A DNA stretch of 64,000 nt from Octopus sinensis (taxonomy: Eukaryota): NCBI RefSeq assembly GCF_006345805.1, contig NC_043001.1, positions 92,566,001 through 92,630,000 of the forward strand, read 5' to 3'. The notes below the pieces were generated by a model. The model searched no databases and had not been told where the DNA came from. It was given only the letters and a program-made list of their open reading frames with translations. The stretch's first letter is position 1, and every line of letters starts with the position of its first letter. Both the position numbers and the translations under genes were made by a program. Below are positions 1 through 13,414 of this stretch, one piece after another.

Positions 1-484
1 AAAACACAAAGTTATATGCAAATTACTCTATTCATAGTAACATAATCATGAACTAGAAATAAATAGCTTTGACTATATTTCCAGTCTCTTCTCTGGCATG
101 CATGCATGCACACACACACACACACACATAAATACAGATAAACAGACTCTACTATTTTGTGTGATAAAGACAACCTTCTCTAGTGTGCTGGAACAAAGAA
201 AATTTTGATAGTTACTTATAAATACTAACATATGATAAATCAAATAACCCATCATAATCACACTCAGACAAATACACAAAAGGAAATAATAGTAAAAAGT
301 TATTAATTAACAAATGTCCAGCTGTCATTTGCAATCAGGATTTAAGAAATGAAACAATATTGGGAAGCATAAAACAATTATGACAATAACAGTTCTAATT
401 AGAAATAGTTACAAAGTCACCAGCAGAAAATTCACTGATTTTCAAGAACACAAAAAATAGCATAATAATAATAATAATAATAAC

Positions 485-534
<50 letters not shown>

Positions 535-552
535 CAATGACAATAATAATAA

Positions 553-745
553 TTCTTTCTACTATAGGCACAAGGCCTGAAATTTTGGGGGAGGGGATAA
601 GTCAAGTACATCAACCCCAGAGTGTAACTTATTTCAATGACCCCAAAAGGGTGGAAGACAAAGTTGACCTCGGCGGAATTTGAACTCAGAACATAAGAAA
701 TGGAGCTAAGCATCTCACTTGGATTGCTAACAATTCTGCCAGTTT
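553..745 (-). mobile_element. SINE family B with (TTA)n tail (462-552)
   Basis: Minus strand TTCTGAGTTCAAATTCCGCCGAGGTCAACTTTG...CCCCCAAAATTTCAGGCCTTGTGCCTATAGTAGAAAGAATTATT, the same as 57159-57410. Confidence 0.85.
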
Positions 746-959
746 ACAACCCTAATAATAACAATAATGATGGTGAGGATGATGACTTCATATACTTTCC
801 ACAGAGGCACCTGATGAGAGTGACAACAGAAGGACAAGTTACAATTTATGTGGGGATTTACATAATAGGAAAGATGAAAAAGGAAGGGAAGGAAGAGAAA
901 TTAGATAAAATATTTACATAGCATACAAACTATGTGAAAACATGAACAATGCAGTCCTT

Positions 960-2230
960 CTAAAGAGAGAGGTGTCTGCACTCAAATCCTTTCAGCCTCA
1001 TCCATCAGTCTCTTTTGCCAAAACCACCAGACAGAGGCACCCTGCTTTGTTGAATGAGGGTGGTAGGCAATCTTCATGATGGACTCAGCTGATAGCTGGA
1101 TCTGTCCTACACATGACAATAGATGTTCAACATAACTCCACAAGCCAATAATGTTCAGACACTGCACGAGTGCTTGCAGTATATTTTCATTTCAGCCGAT
1201 CTTGCCTGATGGTACATCTATGCCTGTAAAGGTTATCTTGGAATAGTAGTGCTTCTCAATAGCATTGTAAGGCCAAGGATTTCTGTAAGCTATCCACAAT
1301 TCTCCAGAACAGAGCAATCAGTTTGCCCTTGTTAACACCTACAGTTTCCTCATGAATTTCATTGCTCTTACCCACTATTAATTCTTTAAATATTGCTAAA
1401 GTAGAATTTCTACTGACTGCATTGTCAGATACTCAGTCTTGGCCTCTTCTTGATCCAGGACTGCAGCTCTGTCAAAGTGATGAGTGGTGGAAAAGCATGC
1501 CTTATAATGGGGACAACACCTGCTCCCTGTCTAGGAAATTCTGCAGGTGGTTCAACCACTATGTGTATCTGTGCATCAGCTAAGCCCACCTTCCAGAGGA
1601 GGCTGGTAACAGTGAAAATGGTGACCCTTTCACAAGAAGTGGAAGAGATGATCTAATGCGGTCAAACACAGAAATTAGGCAAATTCAGGCATTCACCACC
1701 TCAGCTCAACCTTTCAGGGATAACTTCTCTCAGTCCATTTCTGAATGAGGCTAACCATCCTGCTCATAACCTCATCCCAGTTCCTGTTCACCTGTAGGTC
1801 CAGACTGAACTAAACCTCGAGCAGTTTAACCAGATTATCTGTCCAGTGATCTACAACACAGATGGCATAGACATACCCCTTCAAATACAATGCTGCAAAT
1901 CCATCAACTTATCTGGATTCAATTTTTGTTCCTGCTATCATGGAGTATTCTTTAGAAAGATGTTATTTCAATGTCTGTGATGTCTGACATTACAGTGATA
2001 TCAGATTATATGTTGACCCAGCTCTCCTGCATCTCAACTTGAAATTGATGCCCCACAGGAGTATTAGCTTCTGCAGTAATGGTTTGAGAACCAGAATGTA
2101 TATGAAACGAGAGAAAACAACTCTCATGTTCAGAGCGTGTGATATAAAATGATTCTGAGCAGTGGCTGTTCACTTTGAGCACCGAGAAAATACCACTGTG
2201 TATTACTGCAATACAGCCTCAATAAACATG
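960..2230 (-). mobile_element. Decayed L1/Tx1-clade LINE ORF2 fragment (RT to C-terminal region)
   Basis: Minus-strand remnants with many stops and frameshifts: VLKVNSHCSESFYITRS, VKLLEV*FSLDLQVNRNWDEV, SLALQCY*EALLFQDNLYRH, ALVQCLNIIGLWSYVEHLL. Confidence 0.7.
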
Positions 2231-2699
2231 TCTGAAATTGTTTTTTCTTTTACATAAAGTTATGTAAGTCTAGTAATTTTGAGGAATGGGGTTTAGTTGA
2301 CTATATCAACCTCAGTACTTGACCAGTATTTTACTTAATCAACCTCAAAAGGATGAAAGGCAGAGTTTTCCTCTGAAAGATTTGAATGTATAGAATTGGA
2401 AGAAATACTGCCAATCTACTGTCTTAATAATAACAATGATGATAAGCTTTAGCTGACAAAATTGATGATAGTATACTAATTATCAACATAGCAATACAAA
2501 TAACTGTAATATGTAGAGACAAGCTGAAAAGCTAAGAAAATACACTGAAGTAGCTTTTAAATTAAAAAAAACAACATTATGCTAATTATGAAATACATCC
2601 ATTATCAAATTTGTAACTGAAGAAATATTAACATATTACTAATAAAGATAGACATAGGTAAGCAAAAATGATGATTATGATGATGTGATGATGATGATA

Positions 2700-3081
2700 A
2701 TTAAACAGACATGATGGATCAGTTGCTTACTAATTGACTTGTCGTGTCCATTTGATTCCAGAATTGCAAAGGAAGGAGAACAATTTTTTAAATACAATTC
2801 CTTAACATTTGAAATTGAGAGAATTTGGAGAATGAAAACTGTAAAGGTTGTGCTTGTAATAATGGGTACATTAGGAACTGTGAGTAATGATATAGACAAA
2901 TGGTTGAAGGAGATTGGTATAGAATGTTTTGTAGAGCTTCTACAGAAAGTTTGCCTCAAAGGGACAGGAAGATTGTCTGAAGGGTTATAAGCACTTGAAA
3001 AATTATAGAAAGCTTGTGAATATCTAAGATTAAAGGTACCTATATAAATTCTACCAGGAATAAGAACAAACCTGAATCAAG

Positions 3082-3141
<60 letters not shown>

Positions 3142-3230
3142 GGAAAGGAGAAAAAGTGCAATCCTGTTCTCTGCAAAAATCCTAAGAAAGATCCTTGAAA
3201 TCTGGGATTTGTCATTAAACCTCAAGATAA
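2700..3230 (+). mobile_element. 3' fragments of R4/Dong-like non-LTR retrotransposon(s) (restriction-like endonuclease domain) around an (AAT)n tract
   Basis: CLLIDLSCPFDSRIAKE...KYNSLTFEIERIWRMKTVKVVLVIMGTLG...LLQKVCL, plus a second terminal piece KSAILFSAKILRKILEI at about 3150-3200. Confidence 0.75.
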
Positions 3231-5759
3231 CATCCAAATTCTAATTAAATTAGCATGTAATAGCTTTGGAATGACAAAATAATGATGATAATAATAGTTT
3301 CTTTTAATGGTCATAAGAGACCAAGATGTTGAGAACAATACAAGGATGAAATACATTAATACAAGTATGGTAGGTGATTTCTTTCTAATACTAGTAATGA
3401 TTTTTTAAATAATAAAAATGGAAATAACATCAAAACAACAATAACGACGATACTAATTATAATTATAATCAGAGGAACATCTGACACTTAAAACACCAAC
3501 AAAAACATTGACAGGTACAGCAATGATTTCTTATGTAGGAGTAAAGAGATGGTGGGACATTCATGCCTTTTCTGTGGCCATTAATAGTGTAGGTGAAACA
3601 GTCCCCAAAAGGGGCAAGTTATATTTTCAATTGAATGATGAAAGTGTCACAGAATTACAGTAAACACCACAACAATAACAACACAAATAACAAGTACAAC
3701 AGTTAGAACAGAATATAATGAAAATTTAACACAAAATTGAAAATCACCAGCTTAAATGAATAACAGCAACAACAACAACAACAATAATAATGATAATTAT
3801 GAAAACTGAAACAAAACATTACATTAAAAGATAAGCTGAATTTAAAATAGAATAAGCGGAACTTGGGCAAAGAAAAGATGTGTTAACATCAGAAGCCAAA
3901 TCAATTATCTGCAAAGGAAAAAAAACATCAAAGGAAGAGGGAGACTCCTGCAAAACACTGCATAATCAAACATTCAAAAATATGAGAAGGCAAAACTGTA
4001 ATTACAATTTCTGCACAGTCAACAAGCACAAAGGAATGTTTGCACAAATGGTAGGAACTCTTGTTTTCTTAATAATAGTCATATGACTGTTATGTAGGTT
4101 TCAAACCTTCTGTGTAGTTTAGAGTAAATAAAATGTGATGTATGTATTGCAAATAGAGTGCCAGATTAGATACCTTGCTTTATCTATTTTTATGATTTCA
4201 TTGTCTTGCATTAAAAATTCTACTTGATTAAATTTGAACATTCATCAAAAAATGACCTAATATATAGTTGAAAGTATTTCATGGGGTTTATAAGGGTATA
4301 CCATACTGTACCCTAACTGCTAGAAAATTCAATAATGAAATTAAGAGCATAGTGGGTAAGAAAGTAAACTAATTTCATTACAGCACTAGTAAGCAAATAC
4401 ATTGTTTCCTGACCTGCCAGAAATAGTGGTCACACTGACCTAGAATCACACTTCACTCTCTTAACAAAATAGTGGGAGGGGGAGAGGACACATTCAAAAG
4501 TGAGTTCTTAGACTTTGATCTATAGTTAAACAGCACTGAAAGAGGACACTGAGATAGACTTTTAGTGTTTGATGATTTCTTTATTGATAAATAGCATCTG
4601 TATTATCCAAGTAAATAAGTTTGCATCTCCCATTAAGACTTCTCTGATTTGTAAATGATCTTTACATCTGTGTCTTTCACTTCAGAATCTTTTTACTTCT
4701 GCTCCAGAAATTGTGCATCTTTCAGTAGTGAAGGTGGCATTCTTGCATATTGATGTTAAGCAGCTGATCAGTCAAGAGCTTCTTATATTTGAGTGCATCA
4801 ATGACATTACTAAATCAGAAAAGTTTCTACATTCTTTAATATGTTTTGGTATTAGATATGTCTTTCAATTTTACTACAAACTGAGCAATTTTTTGAATTT
4901 CAACATCAATAATTCAATCTAATATTTCTGTTCTTCAATTATTGTAGTGGCAATTTCATAGTGTCACTCCATTTTGGATAGTTAAGCACATGTATTAATC
5001 TATTTCTTGTTAAACTCATGTAAATTCTTCATATTGACATTGTTGTTCTTCCACATCACCCTGTCCAGACCAACTGTATTACTGATGGCTAAAAGTTGCA
5101 AGATATCTATTTTTTTACTTGACCATGCATTTTAAGTCCCCAAAGGAACCACTACATGGCTGCTTGAACTGCTAGAATTAACAGTTAAATCTCCCACATA
5201 TTTCACACTACTTACCCAAATAAGGAAAAAAGCATGTGATGATGTAGTCCTACACACTCCTAAAAAGGATGGTCATGGTTGGAATATCTGTTCAATTGAC
5301 CTTAGGTTAAACATCATCTTAGCATTTTGTTAAACTTAAAGAAGTTGACTTGGATTGTTTGTTTCTAAAAGTATCTGTACATTGCATTGTAGTTAGTACT
5401 AGATTTGACCAAAACATTATACTTTCATGTTAAGCTTAATTTTCTTCTTGTGAAACCTTTTCCTATTCCATTAAATAAAAGACATATCTGTATAAATTCC
5501 TTATCTCCTTCTTAATAGTTTCCTTTTGGGCCACTTATTATAATGAAAAAAAAATTTCCTTGATCTTTGCTGTATTTAAACATTATCCACTGGGCATCAC
5601 TCAGTCACCTGAGGTAGATTGCAGATATGATGTTCTTAATACATTTGATGATTATATGACATTGAGAAGTGTTAGGATTGAATAAACTAAAAAAAAAAGT
5701 GTACACATGAGTGCACAATAAAAATTCTAAAGAAGTATGAAATTTAAGAAGCTCTTTGT

Positions 5760-6310
5760 AAAATGTGCACAGTGCCCATTGAGGTTATTTTTTTTTTCTA
5801 ATTTCTTTTAAGCATGGTATCATGTCTAAGAATTTCTCTGTTCCTTTCTTTATTACTGTTGAGTATAAAAGGTATTGTAGTACTTTTCATTGTCCACATT
5901 TTGATAATCTTCTTACCTATATCTTTGTAATTCTGTATGTTAAGTTCTTTGACTGTAACATTGTTGTCCAGGGGGACAGCTATATCATTTAGGTGGCAAG
6001 CTTTATCTATAGTTTTTTTTCCATTGATGATTTGCTTTGATCACTCTATAGCTTTGAACTGTAAAATCCCAGAGAAAAATGATACGACCAATTTCAGTAA
6101 CTGGTTGGGGAGGACATTCACACCAGTAGTTAGACATTTCTCTCCTATTGTGCTTGCAGATTTTCTAATGGTTATTTTGCTCTTTTTGATTGTGTATGTT
6201 TATCTGTTCATCAGCAGCCATTAAAGAACACCCAAAGACAACATGGTTGATTGTTTCTATCTGGGTATCACATAACCTACACTTTGAGTCTGTTCCACCT
6301 GGTAATTGTA
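5760..6310 (-). mobile_element. Decayed R4/Dong-like non-LTR fragment (CCHC finger and RLE)
   Basis: DSKCRLCDTQIETINHVVFGC zinc knuckle, followed by WDFTVQ and PLDNNVTVKELN remnants. Confidence 0.7.
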
Positions 6311-7254
6311 GGTAGATACATATAAGTGGTAATTTTGGGTTGATAAAGATTATTATGATGCAAAGCAGCAAGTTGTTAGAATATTAGAAAAGTATCAGCC
6401 AACTGCTAGTGTTATTTAAGTTGACTTATTACATCCAAACATTTCATAAACAATTAATATTATTATACATGTTGAGCAAAGTAAACTTACAGCAGAAGTG
6501 AAGAAATCCTAACTTCTGCATTCTTCTCTAAAAAAAACATCTTTTGAAAAGCTGATAAATATTTGTAACACTCTTCGAAATGAAGTTCTTGCAGAATATG
6601 TAATTTTTTAGTTAGTATAACTGAAAACTGTATTATGATACTTCGTATGGAAGTATATGCATCTGTATGCACATATATGTGTATTGAATGATAATATCAA
6701 CGAAAAACTGTGGCAGCATAAACTAAACTAAATGGGTAACAAAACAGAGTTGATAGCTTATAGAACAAATGGGTCTAGCTTTTAAAAGTATTACATTAAT
6801 GCAAGGTAGTTTGAATGCAACTTTTTAAAAGTCTTGTGTGGTTTTTGATTGAATAAGAACTGCCTTTAGGATTCTTCTAAAGTTAGTAAGAAATCCCTAA
6901 CAAAAGTTAGTAAAAAATCTCTATTTAAACTAAAGCTTTAAATTCAAGTCCAAAACTTTCTACTTGAGTAACTACCCAAATTTAAGAAAAGTAAATAGTA
7001 AAATATATTTACAAGCTCTATATAAAAACAATTATTTAGTACTGCTATCACTACTGCAATTGAACTACAACAAATTCTTATAAATTGATCATAAAGTCAT
7101 GATGATAAAGATCTCCAAAACAATATCCTTCTATTGGTTTCAGTATACAGCAAACAATTTTCAATTATTAATTATCAGTTCTGAAAAAAGATGAAATAAA
7201 TAATGTGCGTGTGTGTGCAAGTGTTTGGGTGAATGTGTGTATATGTGTGTGTGC

Positions 7255-7287
<33 letters not shown>

Positions 7288-7366
7288 TGCACATATACGT
7301 ATATACATACACACACACACGCATAAATATATGTATGTATGTATGTATGTTTATATACACATATGT

Positions 7367-7720
7367 TCTTTTACTTGTTTCAGTCATTTGACTGCGGCCA
7401 TGCCTGAGCAATTCCTTAAAGGGTTTTAGTCTAAGAAATCCTCCCCAGGACTTATTCCTATCAATCCCTTTTTGCTGAACTGCTAAGTTACAGGGACATA
7501 AACACACCAGCATCGGTTGTCAAGTGATAGTGGAGGGACAAATGCAGACACACATAAATATATACATATATATATGATGGGCTTCTTTCAGTCTCTGTCA
7601 ACCAAATCCACTCACAAGGCATTGGTTGGCTTGAGGCTATAGTAGAAGACACTTGCCCAAGGTGCCACATAGTGGGACTCAACCAGGAATGATGAGGTTG
7701 GGAAGTGAGCTTCTTGCCAC
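7367..7720 (-). mobile_element. SINE family A, older copy
   Basis: cttttacttgtttcagtcatttgactgcggccatg ... gaagacacttgcccaaggtgcc is shared with 40533-40939. Confidence 0.88.
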
Positions 7721-8393
7721 ACACACACACACATATATATATGGTTATATAAAAAAAGAAATCTCATCAAATGAGATACTAAACCTGATATTGAAAAGTA
7801 TCTATTCTGGCAATTTTACAATAATTCTTTGGCCCTAAGAAGAGATAGCAGCAGCATGGAAAGAATTAATAGTTTTTGTTTTCATTTCCACTTTATTTAA
7901 TTGCTCCATTCTCTAATTATTTTTAAGTACCTGGCTTTTACTTACAAGACATTTTTGTAAGCCAGGATTGAAGTTACAAATACATACTACTAGCAACTAT
8001 ATTGGTTTAAATGAATATAATATTTCTAAGATAATTTAACGAAATTTAAAAAATAACTAAATAAAAATAAGCATAGATGCTTCAGGATCCTTCATTTCTT
8101 AAATGTATAACAAAATTAAAATTGAATTCAAGAAGATTGGTTACAAAGAGTATTTATTTTGAAATTAATTAAGCAACATATCTAACAGTTTTAGCCAAAC
8201 AGTAAGGTCCAGCCATTTATGCATTGAGAGCTTAAGGTTTATAAAATAAATAAATGAGGGAGGAAAAAAGGAGAATGAATTGCCAAGCAAATTATGAAAT
8301 ACTTAACAATTAATAAACACAAATACAAAAGGACATATTTGAAAGAAAAAGAAAACTTAAATGATAACAAAATTATTTAAGAAGTCAGCTTAC

Positions 8394-8438
8394 GGCTATT
8401 ATCAGAATCATCGGTACCATCATTGTCATTATCAGGGC
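8394..8438 (-). CDS. Candidate 45-nt phase 1-1 exon, acidic peptide (x)PDNDNDGTDDSDNS
   Basis: gactgctatcattttcag|GC CCT GAT AAT GAC AAT GAT GGT ACC GAT GAT TCT GAT AAT AGC C|gtaagc; strong splice sites; 15 codons. Confidence 0.7.
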
Positions 8439-10359
8439 CTGAAAATGATAGCAGTCACCAGTGTACATTTGACTAACAGACACAGTTATTTTACAATGAC
8501 TTAGTTGTTAGCATAAGGAACTAACATGTATTTTTTGCACAAGAAACTTATAAACTTAATAAAAATTATTAGTACAACTCAGACTAACAAGTACTTAGTT
8601 ATTAATTAAAATAAAACCAAACTCAGAAGGAAAAAAGAACAAGAAAGAATGCACTGTTTTTTTAATATGCTGACTTTCTTGATTTTATGCACAAAGGATT
8701 TCTTACAGTGACATAATACTTCAGATAAATAAGGGAAGACTATAAACCTAACAAGTGGGAATAAAAAATATATCATTTGTATGCTATCAAACCAAAATGC
8801 TACATCATATACAGTATTAGAAACTGTTTATCTAAGTGTACTTTGCGTTAAGTTTCATTATTCGGACAGATTTTACAATTAAGTGTTGTACAGAAACAGA
8901 TTTTGAAAGAATAAAAAAATGTGTTGCTTAGTTGAGTTAGATTTAAAAATTATTTGCATTTAAGGCCCTCTTGAATACTTTAAAATACAACTTCCCCTAC
9001 ATTAATTAATTTTTGCTTGTTGATTTGATTCCAAATCACCTTTTTATTGGCTAGTGTGCACATTGGATATGAAGACGATTTTAGTGTCTAAATATACTGA
9101 ACATCAATTGCAACCAAAATTATATGAAGGATTTGAGAACTTGTCAATTATACTCATTTTAAATCTAAGCTGATTTAAAAGCTTATAGCTGAGAAATTAG
9201 TGCATTGAACATATATGAATGCTCAAAGTAACTTAGAACTTTTAAAATTATTATCTTTTAGTAATGACGAAACTTATGCAAAAATATCCTCTGCAATTAA
9301 TGGTTTATCTTTTACCATTTTTTTTCATCATCCTGCAATTTTATATTTATAAATGCATACAGCACAGGTTGAGAAAATTTCAATTGTTTGAAATGTTTTT
9401 AATAGATAAAACTATTTTATAGAATGACAAACTTGTAATTTGACACTGGTACTTAATTTATAAGCCAGACATAATGTAGAATAAAGAGTCTTGTTCAAGA
9501 GTGAATATACCTATTATGATTCATCATAAAGGTTAAACCCAAGATATGTGACTAACTTAAATAGGTGTAAAACATATGATTCAATGCCGAAGTGAATCTA
9601 TTACATTTTGAAGAAAACTGTCAAAAATGAAAATTGAACATTCCAATTTACATATTCTAATTTTTTTCCTTGGTTTCTTAAAATATGTCTACAGCAATAC
9701 GGTTTATTAGCCAATGAATTTAGTTTCTAAATTGTTACTGAAGCTATGGAATATCAATTGGTAAAGACATTTAACGTATAATCTATCAGGCAATGGACTC
9801 ACTATATAAGTAATAATTATCTGAACATGTATTGGTGAGTTCAAATGTTTTGATGGGAAAATATACAAGAGATAGTTACCTTATCACTTGTAAGTGTTAA
9901 ACAACTTAACTGGAATAAATTGCATTCAATTTTGTCAATTACCTTTTGACTACCTTTTGGAGGCATATTATGCATACAAAGATCTGTACAATCAATAAGA
10001 AAGGATACTTTAACTTATAGTTGCTATAAAAATAGCTTATTTCCATCAGTTGAATGAGTTGATATGTAAAATAGTGTATTTGAAATTTTGAGTGAAATAT
10101 CTAAAATACACTTAAACAATATTGTTAAATATAAATATAAACATATTAATTTGGAAAGTAAGAGACAAAAGAGTGACATAGAAGAGAGAGAGGTGGGGGG
10201 ATAGGGATAAATGGTTCTTTTTCCTTCTGAATTAGGTTGTACATTTAGAACAATGTAACAAAAGAATAAAACAAATTACTATGTAGTAAAATATTAAAAC
10301 AGAAATATTAAATAAAAATTAAAAGATAAAACTGTTTCCATGAGTATAGTTGAACTGAC

Positions 10360-10380
10360 CAAACTGCTCTCCGTTGTGTA
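10360..10380 (-). CDS. Candidate 21-nt phase 1-1 microexon (x-HNGEQF-G)
   Basis: tttatttggccag|TA CAC AAC GGA GAG CAG TTT G|gtcagt; GC-richer island in AT-rich unique DNA. Confidence 0.4.
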
Positions 10381-12327
10381 CTGGCCAAATAAACCAATTT
10401 CAGTGAAAGTGAAATTTCTTTTTATTTCAATCCGATGTAAGACTTGCGATGTTAAAAAATTATATAAAAATTTATTTGCAAAATTTTCTTCTTGAAATTT
10501 GAATATATTTTATTTTTAATCACTAATATCTAAAGTATAGTTTTTGATATTTGTAGTCATATACGTACAATGCTCTAATTCTATGTATTTTTATAAATCC
10601 AATTAGATAAAACAGGTTCTGTGAGCTGGTTAAAATATTGACACCAAAAAAGCTGAGAAACCTCAACGGTAGTTCCTTCCTTAATCAGAATTTGAGTCTA
10701 AACAGTACAGCATAAGCTGGACTTCAACTTTGTATGAGAAAAATTATATCAAAATTCATGACATGGTGAGTCTATAAGCCCATGAGTGTAAATGTTCTTT
10801 GCTATTATTGAAGAACATACAATTATACATTACGAAAATATCTTTAATCTAAGATACAATTTTAAATTTAAGAAGAAATACAATAATTGGTTTATAACTA
10901 AGACTGCAAGAGGGAAAAAAAATCTTTACTTGAGGAACTAAGTTTATTATAAACAAAATAAACATCGACAAGCTTACATTCGGAATTAGAATATATTTGC
11001 TTATTCAGCTCTTTTGTAATAATTTTAAACCTGAAAAAGATTTATTTGATGTGAAATAGCAACAGCACACTGCAGAGCTTTGCTGCAGGGAAATGGTCCA
11101 AAAAGCAGAATAATCACCGTTGTAATGTCATTCTAAAACAATATAGCTGTAAAACACTTGGTTAGAGATTAACATGGAGCTAGAAGTGAGTAATGGAACT
11201 ATTTTCTTTTGTAAACCAAAGAAAGAGAAGATCATTTCATAAAACAACCACCAAACACAAATCATGTGAAAAGAGCAACCAAATGGAAGCTCAGCTTATC
11301 ACTAATGTTTCTAGGGAACATTTTAATTACTTATTTACAGTGATGGTGGTGGAATGGTAAAGTAAGTGGAGAACTCTTACAAGTTATATGTGGAGATGTT
11401 CTTCCCATTTTATTTGGAAAAAAAAAGAGAGAAAAAAAGAAAGAAATTTCACTCAATCATTTGAAGGTGTATTAATAACTCTAATTCTCTTCTCTCCTAG
11501 CTTGCAATTTCCTTTCATGTTACAAATTATAGAAAAAATTTGGTAGCTTGGTAAGTATTTATTATGTTATCACAATAGAAAAACTTTATTATATCATACA
11601 TACAAATAAATATCATACATACACACACACACACATATATAAGTATTATACATACATACATGTATGTATAATATATATAATTACATAGAAGTTTATTTTA
11701 ACCTGTACATCATGTTTTTAAAATAATAATAATTTTCACATCAATTACCAAACACATTCTGAGTGCAAATGCTGTTCTTTGGCTTATCTAGGCCTATGCT
11801 GAGAGTAAAATACAACACTGCAGATTAATAAAAGCTGTTGTTAATTTAAAAGGTGCTACCATTTATTATATCTGAAATACATAATACTGCTTCTGGGACA
11901 GATTAACTGAAACATTTGAGATTTCACAGTATTAACCATTGGTATTGTTCACTGCAGGCACTGCAATGGCAGTGACAGAATATGAGTCAGACTCAACACA
12001 TTTTTACTCTATTTACAATTCACAGCGCCATGCACATATATATATACATATATATATATGTGTGTGTAAATATGTGTGCGTTTGCATGTGTATGCACAAG
12101 CTATATATGAATACACATGCACACACGTGGAAGCCTCTCAGATGTACTGCATCTATATATCACAAGGTGAAACTTTGTCATATACTGTTACATCGATTAT
12201 CTCAGAATCACATTAAGGTTATACATGACAGCAGAAAACTCAACCACTTTCATACTAACTCAATAAATAGGTTGTAATATGTTGTTTCAGTGATTAGATA
12301 ATTGGAAAATCATAATCTACCGATCTA

Positions 12328-12401
<74 letters not shown>

Positions 12402-13192
12402 TACACACATATATATATATATATATATATGTCAAACACATACATGTGCTCGCTCAGAAAGACAAGCAAGATATAACTATTGTGCTATTAGAAATCTTAT
12501 GTAATATACTGAAATAGTTTACAGCATGTTGCATGGAAGCTCTGACTGAATAAAGGCTTTTGAAACTAAACTGTTTTTGATATGATTGAACATCCAACAC
12601 TTTTTTCCTGTAACCGAATATTCCTTCAGCACCAATTTATTTTTACATTTTAAATTAACTAACTTATGAATTTAGTGTTAAGTAATCTTTTGAGAGGAAC
12701 GGGGAAGTAACTATTATAAAAAAATGATATAGTCATTGTTACTTACATGCAAAACAGTCATATAGAACTATTTTGTGCCTGTAAAATAGTTCCTTTCTTT
12801 TGTGCATTTATCTGTGATGTGTGTTATGTAGCTATGCCAACATGGTTTATGGAAGGTAACTCTAATACACATAAATTAGACACTGAAGTTTTACTTGAAA
12901 TTTATACCAGAATCATTAGAGTGATTATAAAGGTAGCTATAATTGAGTCTCTTCATTTTCAAAAATGTGATAATACTTTTATAAACTTACTGTGAGTTAA
13001 CATAATTCTAAGTTTAGGAAGAAGGAAAAAGTGACATCGCTTGTTTTGAGTAATAGAGATTCCAGTTAAACTCCAAGCGAAACAGGTATTTCATTTCCAT
13101 TATAATATTAATGCACTTGAGAAAGGAATAACAAATATTACACAGCTTCTTTTTTTCTCCATTATGATCCTCAGTATTTACACTTTTATTAA

Positions 13193-13414
13193 CCCTTTAG
13201 CATTTAAACCGGCCATATCCGGCCAAAAGTATTCTGCCTGATTTATGTTCAAACTGGCCAGATCTGGTCTCTCAGACAAACCCTACAATATTGTTTTAAA
13301 AATTAACAGCTACCTCATCAAAATCTCATAGCTACAAGATTAATGAATGATTAATTCAAAACAATGTAGATGAAGAAGCATTAATTTTGGCAGAATAATG
13401 TGAACACTAAAGGG
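13193..13414. mobile_element. piggyBac-type MITE, 222 bp
   Basis: TTAA|CCCTTTAG ... CTAAAGGG|TTAA (TTAA TSD and terminal inverted repeats). Confidence 0.9.

Noticed and set aside
4560-5110. Possible decayed non-LTR coding remnant on the minus strand
   Set aside because: The composition is suggestive, but I could not identify diagnostic motifs with confidence.
12747-12778. 32-nt segment with strong ttttacag and gtaagt sites on the minus strand
   Set aside because: Not a multiple of 3 and has a stop in phase 1; chance or at most a poison exon.
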